From Lingula anatina (lineage: Eukaryota > Animalia > Brachiopoda): DNA of 64,000 nt. The notes beneath the pieces are model-generated. The model worked only from the letters and a program-made list of their open reading frames with translations. It had not been told where the DNA came from and made no database searches. A program made the translations under genes and the position numbers. The stretch covers positions 3,224,001 through 3,288,000 of the forward strand of contig JBPQGU010000016.1 of the NCBI GenBank assembly GCA_051362555.1, written 5' to 3'. Positions within the stretch are counted from its first letter, which is position 1, and every line of letters starts with the position of its first letter. Positions 11,006-23,000 of this stretch are shown here, one piece after another.

Positions 11006-14000
11006 TTTTTGCTCTATTTCTTCCTTAATAATGACACAACCACTCTTCCAGCACTTTATTCTGACTACAATAACCAAACACACCTACCAGACACTATAAT
11101 GAAGAAAAAATTTTTCAACCCTACCTGGCCAAAATTGAAGAAAACTGCCATATCCGGACCTTACGAAAATCACTCAAAATCACCCAAAAATGACCCGTCA
11201 CCAAATTTTCCAAAAAGTGATGAAAATCAATCTACCACACCTGTCATTCATAAAAAATGTGGAAACGCGCCCGGATCACTTCATTAAAGCCCCCAATTTC
11301 AGCTTTAAAGATGGCCAAAAAGCACACCTGAGAACAGGATTTGGAGAGAGGGGGGGTGGAGAGAGTTTTTGCTCTATTTCTTCCTTAATAATGACACAAC
11401 CACTCTTCCAGCACTTTATTCTGACTACAAATGACCAAACACACCTACCAGACACTATAATGAAGAAAAAAATTTTTCAACCCTACCTGGCCAAAATTGA
11501 AGAAAACTGCCATATCCGGACCTTACGAAAATCACTCAAAATCACCCAAAAATGACCCGTCACCAAATTTTCCAAAAAGTGATGAAAATCAATCTACCAC
11601 ACCTGTCATTCATAAAAAATGTGGAAACGCGCCCGGATCACTTCATTAAAGCCCCCAATTTCAGCTTTAAAGATGGCCAAAAAGCACACCTGAGAACAGG
11701 ATTTGGAGAGAGGGGGGGTGGAGAGAGTTTTTGCTCTATTTCTTCCTTAATAATGACACAACCACTCTTCCAGCACTTTATTCTGACTACAAATGACCAA
11801 ACACACCTACCAGACACTATAATGAAGAAAAAAATTTTTCAACCCTACCTGGCCAAAATTGAAGAAAACTGCCATATCCGGACCTTACGAAAATCACTCA
11901 AAATCACCCAAAAATGACCCGTCACCAAATTTTCCAAAAAGTGATGAAAATCAATCTACCACACCTGTCATTCATAAAAAATGTGGAAACGCGCCCGGAT
12001 CACTTCATTAAAGCCCCCAATTTCAGCTTTAAAGATGGCCAAAAAGCACACCTGAGAACAGGATTTGGAGAGAGGGGGGGTGGAGAGAGTTTTTGCTCTA
12101 TTTCTTCCTTAATAATGACACAACCACTCTTCCAGCACTTTATTCTGACTACAAATGACCAAACACACCTACCAGACACTATAATGAAGAAAAAAATTTT
12201 TCAACCCTACCTGGCCAAAATTGAAGAAAACTGCCATATCCGGACCTTACGAAAATCACTCAAAATCACCCAAAAATGACCCGTCACCAAATTTTCCAAA
12301 AAGTGATGAAAATCAATCTACCACACCTGTCATTCATAAAAAATGTGGAAACGCGCCCGGATCACTTCATTAAAGCCCCCAATTTCAGCTTTAAAGATGG
12401 CCAAAAAGCACACCTGAGAACAGGATTTGGAGAGAGGGGGGGTGGAGAGAGTTTTTGCTCTATTTCTTCCTTAATAATGACACAACCACTCTTCCAGCAC
12501 TTTATTCTGACTACAAATGACCAAACACACCTACCAGACACTATAATGAAGAAAAAAATTTTTCAACCCTACCTGGCCAAAATTGAAGAAAACTGCCATA
12601 TCCGGACCTTACGAAAATCACTCAAAATCACCCAAAAATGACCCGTCACCAAATTTTCCAAAAAGTGATGAAAATCAATCTACCACACCTGTCATTCATA
12701 AAAAATGTGGAAACGCGCCCGGATCACTTCATTAAAGCCCCCAATTTCAGCTTTAAAGATGGCCAAAAAGCACACCTGAGAACAGGATTTGGAGAGAGGG
12801 GGGGGTGGAGAGAGTTTTTGCTCTATTTCTTCCTTAATAATGACACAACCACTCTTCCAGCACTTTATTCTGACTACAAATGACCAAACACACCTACCAG
12901 ACACTATAATGAAGAAAAAAATTTTTCAACCCTACCTGGCCAAAATTGAAGAAAACTGCCATATCCGGACCTTACGAAAATCACTCAAAATCACCCAAAA
13001 ATGACCCGTCACCAAATTTTCCAAAAAGTGATGAAAATCAATCTACCACACCTGTCATTCATAAAAAAAGTGGAAACGCGCCCGGATCACTTCATTAAAG
13101 CCCCCAATTTCAGCTTTAAAGATGGCCAAAAAGCACACCTGAGAACAGGATTTGGAGAGAGGGGGGGGGGTGGAGAGAGTTTTTGCTCTATTTCTTCCTT
13201 AATAATGACACAACCACTCTTCCAGCACTTTATTCTGACTACAAATGACCAAACACACCTACCAGACACTATAATGAAGAAAAAAATTTTTCAACCCTAC
13301 CTGGCCAAAATTGAAGAAAACTGCCATATCCAGACCTTACGAAAATCACTCAAAATCACCCAAAAATGACCCGTCACCAAATTTTCCAAAAAGTGATGAA
13401 AATCAATCTACCATACCTGTCATTCATAAAAAATGTGGAAACGCGCCCGGATCACTTCATTAAAGCCCCCAATTTCAGCTTTAAAGATGGCCAAAAAGCA
13501 CACCTGAGAACAGGATTTGGAGAGAGGGGGGGTGGAGAGAGTTTTTGCTCTATTTCTTCCTTAATAATGACACAACCACTCTTCCAGCACTTTATTCTGA
13601 CTACAAATGACCAAACACACCTACCAGACACTATAATGAAGAAAAAAATTTTTCAACCCTACCTGGCCAAAATTGAAGAAAACTGCCATATCCGGACCTT
13701 ACGAAAATCACTCAAAATCACCCAAAAATGACCCGTCACCAAATTTTCCAAAAAGTGATGAAAATCAATCTACCACACCTGTCATTCATAAAAAATGTGG
13801 AAACGCGCCCGGATCACTTCATTAAAGCCCCCAATTTCAGCTTTAAAGATGGCCAAAAAGCACAACTGAGAACAGGATTTGGAGAGAGGGGGGGTGGAGA
13901 GAGGGGGGGTGGAGAGAGGGGGGGTGGAGAGAGTTTTTGCTCTATTTCTTCCTTAATAATGACACAACCACTCTTCCAGCACTTTATTCTGACTACAAAT

Positions 14001-17000
14001 GACCAAACACACCTACCAGACACTATAATGAAGAAAAAATTTTTCAACCCTACCTGGCCAAAATTGAAGAAAACTGCCATATCCGGACCTTACGAAAATC
14101 ACTCAAAATCACCCAAAAATGACCCGTCACCAAATTTTCCAAAAAGTGATGAAAATCAATCTACCACACCTGTCATTCATAAAAAATGTGGAAACGCGCC
14201 CGGATCACTTCATTAAAGCCCCCAATTTCAGCTTTAAAGATGGCCAAAAAGCACACCTGAGAACAGGATTTGGAGAGAGGGGGGGTGGAGAGAGTTTTTG
14301 CTCTATTTCTTCCTTAATAATGACACAACCACTCTTCCAGCACTTTATTCTGACTACAAATGACCAAACACACCTACCAGACACTATAATGAAGAAAAAA
14401 ATTTTTCAACCCTACCTGGCCAAAATTGAAGAAAACTGCCATATCCGGACCTTACGAAAATCACTCAAAATCACCCAAAAATGACCCGTCACCAAATTTT
14501 CCAAAAAGTGATGAAAATCAATCTACCACACCTGTCATTCATAAAAAATGTGGAAACGCGCCCGGATCACTTCATTAAAGCCCCCAATTTCAGCTTTAAA
14601 GATGGCCAAAAAGCACACCTGAGAACAGGATTTGGAGAGAGGGGGGGTGGAGAGAGTTTTTGCTCTATTTCTTCCTTAATAATGACACAACCACTCTTCC
14701 AGCACTTTATTCTGACTACAAATGACCAAACACACCTACCAGACACTATAATGAAGAAAAAAAATTTTCAACCCTACCTGGCCAAAATTGAAGAAAACTG
14801 CCATATCCGGACCTTACGAAAATCACTCAAAATCACCCAAAAATGACCCGTCACCAAATTTTCCAAAAAGTGATGAAAATCAATCTACCACACCTGTCAT
14901 TCATAAAAAATGTGGAAACGCGCCCGGATCACTTCATTAAAGCCCCCAATTTCAGCTTTAAAGATGGCCAAAAAGCACACCTGAGAACAGGATTAGGAGA
15001 GAGGGGGGGGTGGAGAGAGTTTTTGCTCTATTTCTTCCTTAATAATGACACAACCACTCTTCCAGCACTTTATTCTGACTACAAATGACCAAACACACCT
15101 ACCAGACACTATAATGAAGAAAAAAATTTTTCAACCCTACCTGGCCAAAATTGAAGAAAACTGCCATATCCGGACCTTACGAAAATCACTCAAAATCACC
15201 CAAAAATGACCCGTCACCAAATTTTCCAAAAAGTGATGAAAATCAATCTACCACACCTGTCATTCATAAAAAATGTGGAAACGCGCCCGGATCACTTCAT
15301 TAAAGCCCCCAATTTCAGCTTTAAAGATGGCCAAAAAGCACACCTGAGAACAGGATTTGGAGAGAGGGGGGGGGGGGGTGGAGAGAGTTTTTGCTCTATT
15401 TCTTCCTTAATAATGACACAACCACTCTTCCAGCACTTTATTCTGACTACAAATGACCAAACACACCTACCAGACACTATAATGAAGAAAAAAATTTTTC
15501 AACCCTACCTGGCCAAAATTGAAGAAAACTGCCATATCCGGACCTTACGAAAATCACTCAAAATCACCCAAAAATGACCCGTCACCAAATTTTCCAAAAA
15601 GTGATGAAAATCAATCTACCACACCTGTCATTCATAAAAAATGTGGAAACGCGCCCGGATCACTTCATTAAAGCCCCCAATTTCAGCTTTAAAGATGGCC
15701 AAAAAGCACACCTGAGAACAGGATTTGGAGAGAGGGGGGGTGGAGAGAGTTTTTGCTCTATTTCTTCCTTAATAATGACACAACCACTCTTCCAGCACTT
15801 TATTCTGACTACAAATGACCAAACACACCTACCAGACACTATAATGAAGAAAAAAATTTTTCAACCCTACCTGGCCAAAATTGAAGAAAACTGCCATATC
15901 CGGACCTTACGAAAATCACTCAAAATCACCCAAAAATGACCCGTCACCAAATTTTCCAAAAAGTGATGAAAATCAATCTACCACACCTGTCATTCATAAA
16001 AAATGTGGAAACGCGCCCGGATCACTTCATTAAAGCCCCCAATTTCAGCTTTAAAGATGGCCAAAAAGCACACCTGAGAACAGGATTAGGAGAGAGGGGG
16101 GGTGGAGAGAGTTTTTGCTCTATTTCTTCCTTAATAATGACACAACCACTCTTCCAGCACTTTATTCTGACTACAAATGACCAAACACACCTACCAGACA
16201 CTATAATGAAGAAAAAAATTTTTCAACCCTACCTGGCCAAAATTGAAGAAAACTGCCATATCCGGACCTTACGAAAATCACTCAAAATCACCCAAAAATG
16301 ACCCGTCACCAAATTTTCCAAAAAGTGATGAAAATCAATCTACCACACCTGTCATTCATAAAAAATGTGGAAACGCGCCCGGATCACTTCATTAAAGCCC
16401 CCAATTTCAGCTTTAAAGATGGCCAAAAAGCACACCTGAGAACAGGATTTGGAGAGAGGGGGGGTGGAGAGAGTTTTTGCTCTATTTCTTCCTTAATAAT
16501 GACACAACCACTCTTCCAGCACTTTATTCTGACTACAAATGACCAAACACACCTACCAGACACTATAATGAAGAAAAAAATTTTTCAACCCTACCTGGCC
16601 AAAATTGAAGAAAACTGCCATATCCGGACCTTACGAAAATCACTCAAAATCACACAAAAATGACCCGTCACCAAATTTTCCAAAAAGTGATGAAAATCAA
16701 TCTACCACACCTGTCATTCATAAAAAATGTGGAAACGCGCCCGGATCACTTCATTAAAGCCCCCAATTTCAGCTTTAAAGATGGCCAAAAAGCACACCTG
16801 AGAACAGGATTTGGAGAGAGGGGGGGTGGAGAGAGTTTTTGCTCTATTTCTTCCTTAATAATGACACAACCACTCTTCCAGCACTTTATTCTGACTACAA
16901 ATGACCAAACACACCTACCAGACACTATAATGAAGAAAAAAATTTTTCAACCCTACCTGGCCAAAATTGAAGAAAACTGCCATATCCGGACCTTACGAAA

Positions 17001-20000
17001 ATCACTCAAAATCACCCAAAAATGACCCGTCACCAAATTTTCCAAAAAGTGATGAAAATCAATCTACCACACCTGTCATTCATAAAAAATGTGGAAACGC
17101 GCCCGGATCACTTCATTAAAGCCCCCAATTTCAGCTTTAAAGATGGCCAAAAAGCACACCTGAGAACAGGATTTGGAGAGAGGGGGGGTGGAGAGAGTTT
17201 TTGCTCTATTTCTTCCTTAATAATGACACAACCACTCTTCCAGCACTTTATTCTGACTACAAATGACCAAACACACCTACCAGACACTATAATGAAGAAA
17301 AAAATTTTTCAACCCTACCTGGCCAAAATTGAAGAAAACTGCCATATCCGGACCTTACGAAAATCACTCAAAATCACCCAAAAATGACCCGTCACCAAAT
17401 TTTCCAAAAAGTGATGAAAATCAATCTACCACACCTGTCATTCATAAAAAATGTGGAAACGCGCCCGGATCACTTCATTAAAGCCCCCAATTTCAGCTTT
17501 AAAGATGGCCAAAAAGCACACCTGAGAACAGGATTTGGAGAGAGGGGGGGTGGAGAGAGTTTTTGCTCTATTTCTTCCTTAATAATGACACAACCACTCT
17601 TCCAGCACTTTATTCTGACTACAAATGACCAAACACACCTACCAGACACTATAATGAAGAAAAAAATTTTTCAACCCTACCTGGCCAAAATTGAAGAAAA
17701 CTGCCATATCCGGACCTTACGAAAATCACTCAAAATCACCCAAAAATGACCCGTCACCAAATTTTCCAAAAAGTGATGAAAATCAATCTACCACACCTGT
17801 CATTCATAAAAAATGTGGAAACGCGCCCGGATCACTTCATTAAAGCCCCCAATTTCAGCTTTAAAGATGGCCAAAAAGCACACCTGAGAACAGGATTTGG
17901 AGAGAGGGGGGGTGGAGAGAGTTTTTGCTCTATTTCTTCCTTAATAATGACACAACCACTCTTCCAGCACTTTATTCTGACTACAAATGACCAAACACAC
18001 CTACCAGACACTATAATGAAGAAAAAAATTTTTCAACCCTACCTGGCCAAAATTGAAGAAAACTGCCATATCCGGACCTTACGAAAATCACTCAAAATCA
18101 CCCAAAAATGACCCGTCACCAAATTTTCCAAAAAGTGATGAAAATCAATCTACCACACCTGTCATTCATAAAAAATGTGGAAACGCGCCCGGATCACTTC
18201 ATTAAAGCCCCCAATTTCAGCTTTAAAGATGGCCAAAAAGCACACCTGAGAACAGGATTTGGAGAGAGGGGGGGTGGAGAGAGTTTTTGCTCTATTTCTT
18301 CCTTAATAATGACACAACCACTCTTCCAGCACTTTATTCTGACTACAAATGACCAAACACACCTACCAGACACTATAATGAAGAAAAAAATTTTTCAACC
18401 CTACCTGGCCAAAATTGAAGAAAACTGCCATATCCGGACCTTACGAAAATCACTCAAAATCACCAAAAAATGACCCGTCACCAAATTTTCCAAAAAGTGA
18501 TGAAAATCAATCTACCACACCTGTCATTCATAAAAAATGTGGAAACGCGCCCGGATCACTTCATTAAAGCCCCCAATTTCAGCTTTAAAGATGGCCAAAA
18601 AGCACACCTGAGAACAGGATTTGGAGAGAGGGGGGGTGGAGAGAGTTTTTGCTCTATTTCTTCCTTAATAATGACACAACCACTCTTCCAGCACTTTATT
18701 CTGACTACAAATGACCAAACACACCTACCAGACACTATAATGAAGAAAAAAATTTTTCAACCCTACCTGGCCAAAATTGAAGAAAACTGCCATATCCGGA
18801 CCTTACGAAAATCACTCAAAATCACCCAAAAATGACCCGTCACCAAATTTTCCAAAAAGTGATGAAAATCAATCTACCACACCTGTCATTCATAAAAAAT
18901 GTGGAAACGCGCCCGGATCACTTCATTAAAGCCCCCAATTTCAGCTTTAAAGATGGCCAAAAAGCACACCTGAGAACAGGATTTGGAGAGAGGGGGGGTG
19001 GAGAGAGTTTTTGCTCTATTTCTTCCTTAATAATGACACAACCACTCTTCCAGCACTTTATTCTGACTACAAATGACCAAACACACCTACCAGACACTAT
19101 AATGAAGAAAAAAATTTTTCAACCCTACCTGGCCAAAATTGAAGAAAACTGCCATATCCGGACCTTACGAAAATCACTCAAAATCACCCAAAAATGACCC
19201 GTCACCAAATTTTCCAAAAAGTGATGAAAATCAATCTACCACACCTGTCATTCATAAAAAATGTGGAAACGCGCCCGGATCACTTCATTAAAGCCCCCAA
19301 TTTCAGCTTTAAAGATGGCCAAAAAGCACACCTGAGAACAGGATTTGGAGAGAGGGGGGGGTGGAGAGAGTTTTTGCTCTATTTCTTCCTTAATAATGAC
19401 ACAACCACTCTTCCAGCACTTTATTCTGACTACAAATGACCAAACACACCTACCAGACACTATAATGAAGAAAAAAATTTTTCAACCCTACCTGGCCAAA
19501 ATTGAAGAAAACTGCCATATCCGGACCTTACGAAAATCACTCAAAATCACCCAAAAATGACCCGTCACCAAATTTTCCAAAAAGTGATGAAAATCAATCT
19601 ACCACACCTGTCATTCATAAAAAATGTGGAAACGCGCCCGGATCACTTCATTAAAGCCCCCAATTTCAGCTTTAAAGATGGCCAAAAAGCACACCTGAGA
19701 ACAGGATTTGGAGAGAGGGGGGGTGGAGATAGTTTTTGCTCTATTTCTTCCTTAATAATGACACAACCACTCTTCCAGCACTTTATTCTGACTACAAATG
19801 ACCAAACACACCTACCAGACACTATAATGAAGAAAAAAATTTTTCAACCCTACCTGGCCAAAATTGAAGAAAACTGCCATATCCGGACCTTACGAAAATC
19901 ACTCAAAATCACCCAAAAAATGACCCGTCACCAAATTTTCCAAAAAGTGATGAAAATCAATCTACCACACCTGTCATTCATAAAAAATGTGGAAACGCGC

Positions 20001-23000
20001 CCGGATCACTTCATTAAAGCCCCCAATTTCAGCTTTAAAGATGGCCAAAAAGCACACCTGAGAACAGGATTTGGAGAGAGGGGGGGTGGAGAGAGTTTTT
20101 GCTCTATTTCTTCCTTAATAATGACACAACCACTCTTCCAGCACTTTATTCTGACTACAAATGACCAAACACACCTACCAGACACTATAATGAAGAAAAA
20201 AATTTTTCAACCCTACCTGGCCAAAATTGAAGAAAACTGCCATATCCGGACCTTACGAAAATCACTCAAAATCACCCAAAAATGACCCGTCACCAAATTT
20301 TCCAAAAAGTGATGAAAATCAATCTACTACACCTGTCATTCATAAAAAATGTGGAAACGCGCCCGGATCACTTCATTAAAGCCCCCAATTTCAGCTTTAA
20401 AGATGGCCAAAAAGCACACCTGAGAACAGGATTTGGAGAGAGGGGGGGGGGTGGAGAGAGTTTTTGCTCTATTTCTTCCTTAATAATGACACAACCACTC
20501 TTCCAGCACTTTATTCTGACTACAAATGACCAAACACACCTACCAGACACTATAATGAAGAAAAAAATTTTTCAACCCTACCTGGCCAAAATTGAAGAAA
20601 ACTGCCATATCCGGACCTTACGAAAATCACTCAAAATCACCCAAAAATGACCCGTCACCAAATTTTCCAAAAAGTGATGAAAATCAATCTACCACACCTG
20701 TCATTCATAAAAAATGTGGAAACGCGCCCGGATCACTTCATTAAAGCCCCCAATTTCAGCTTTAAAGATGGCCAAAAAGCACACCTGAGAACAGGATTTG
20801 GAGAGAGGGGGGGTGGAGAGAGTTTTTGCTCTATTTCTTCCTTAATAATGACACAACCACTCTTCCAGCACTTTATTCTGACTACAAATGACCAAACACA
20901 CCTACCAGACACTATAATGAAGAAAAAAATTTTTCAACCCTACCTGGCCAAAATTGAAGAAAACTGCCATATCCGGACCTTACGAAAATCACTCAAAATC
21001 ACCCAAAAATGACCCGTCACCAAATTTTCCAAAAAGTGATGAAAATCAATCTACCACACCTGTCATTCATAAAAAATGTGGAAACGCGCCCGGATCACTT
21101 CATTAAAGCCCCCAATTTCAGCTTTAAAGATGGCCAAAAAGCACACCTGAGAACAGGATTTGGAGAGAGGGGGGGTGGAGAGAGTTTTTGCTCTATTTCT
21201 TCCTTAATAATGACACAACCACTCTTCCAGCACTTTATTCTGACTACAAATGACCAAACACACCTACCAGACACTATAATGAAGAAAAAAATTTTTCAAC
21301 CCTACCTGGCCAAAATTGAAGAAAACTGCCATATCCGGACCTTACGAAAATCACTCAAAATCACCCAAAAATGACCCGTCACCAAATTTTCCAAAAAGTG
21401 ATGAAAATCAATCTACCACACCTGTCATTCATAAAAAATGTGGAAACGCGCCCGGATCACTTCATTAAAGCCCCCAATTTCAGCTTTAAAGATGGTCAAA
21501 AAGCACACCTGAGAACAGGATTTGGAGAGAGGGGGGGTGGAGAGAGTTTTTGCTCTATTTCTTCCTTAATAATGACACAACCACTCTTCCAGCACTTTAT
21601 TCTGACTACAAATGACCAAACACACCTACCAGACACTATAATGAAGAAAAAAATTTTTCAACCCTACCTGGCCAAAATTGAAGAAAACTGCCATATCCGG
21701 ACCTTACGAAAATCACTCAAAATCACCCAAAAATGACCCGTCACCAAATTTTCCAAAAAGTGATGAAAATCAATCTACCACACCTGTCATTCATAAAAAA
21801 TGTGGAAACGCGCCCGGATCACTTCATTAAAGCCCCCAATTTCAGCTTTAAAGATGGCCAAAAAGCACACCTGAGAACAGGATTTGGAGAGAGGGGGGGT
21901 GGAGAGAGTTTTTGCTCTATTTCTTCCTTAATAATGACACAACCACTCTTCCAGCACTTTATTCTGACTACAAATGACCAAACACACCTACCAGACACTA
22001 TAATGAAGAAAAAAATTTTTCAACCCTACCTGGCCAAAATTGAAGAAAACTGCCATATCCGGACCTTACGAAAATCACTCAAAATCACCCAAAAATGACC
22101 CGTCACCAAATTTTCCAAAAAGTGATGAAAATCAATCTACCACACCTGTCATTCATAAAAAATGTGGAAACGCGCCCGGATCACTTCATTAAAGCCCCCA
22201 ATTTCAGCTTTAAAGATGGCCAAAAAGCACACCTGAGAACAGGATTTGGAGAGAGGGGGGGTGGAGAGAGTTTTTGCTCTATTTCTTCCTTAATAATGAC
22301 ACAACCACTCTTCCAGCACTTTATTCTGACTACAAATGACCAAACACACCTCCCAGACACTATAATGAAGAAAAAAATTTTTCAACCCTACCTGGCCAAA
22401 ATTGAAGAAAACTGCCATATCCGGACCTTACGAAAATCACTCAAAATCACCCAAAAATGACCCGTCACCAAATTTTCCAAAAAGTGATGAAAATCAATCT
22501 ACCACACCTGTCATTCATAAAAAATGTGGAAACGCGCCCGGATCACTTCATTAAAGCCCCCAATTTCAGCTTTAAAGATGGCCAAAAAGCACACCTGAGA
22601 ACAGGATTTGGAGAGAGGGGGGGTGGAGAGAGTTTTTGCTCTATTTCTTCCTTAATAATGACACAACCACTCTTCCAGCACTTTATTCTGACTACAAATG
22701 ACCAAACACACCTACCAGACACTATAATGAAGAAAAAAATTTTTCAACCCTACCTGGCCAAAATTGAAGAAAACTGCCATATCCGGACCTTACGAAAATC
22801 ACTCAAAATCACCCAAAAATGACCCGTCACCAAATTTTCCAAAAAGTGATGAAAATCAATCTACCACACCTGTCATTCATAAAAAATGTGGAAACGCGCC
22901 CGGATCACTTCATTAAAGCCCCCAATTTCAGCTTTAAAGATGGCCAAAAAGCACACCTGAGAACAGGATTTGGAGAGAGGGGGGGTGGAGAGAGTTTTTG

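Noticed and set aside
11254-11270. CENP-B box-like motif (aaaatgTGGAAACGcGc)
   Set aside because: It matches only 9 of 17 positions of CTTCGTTGGAAACGGGA and lacks the essential TTCG and CGGG core.
11362-11375. Hairpin or terminator agag-tttttg-ctct
   Set aside because: A 4-bp stem is too weak and expected by chance.
11190-11551. 5S rDNA, tRNA, snRNA or spliced-leader tandem gene unit
   Set aside because: I see no recognisable 5S, tRNA or snRNA sequence or Pol III box arrangement. An Rfam/Infernal scan would confirm this.
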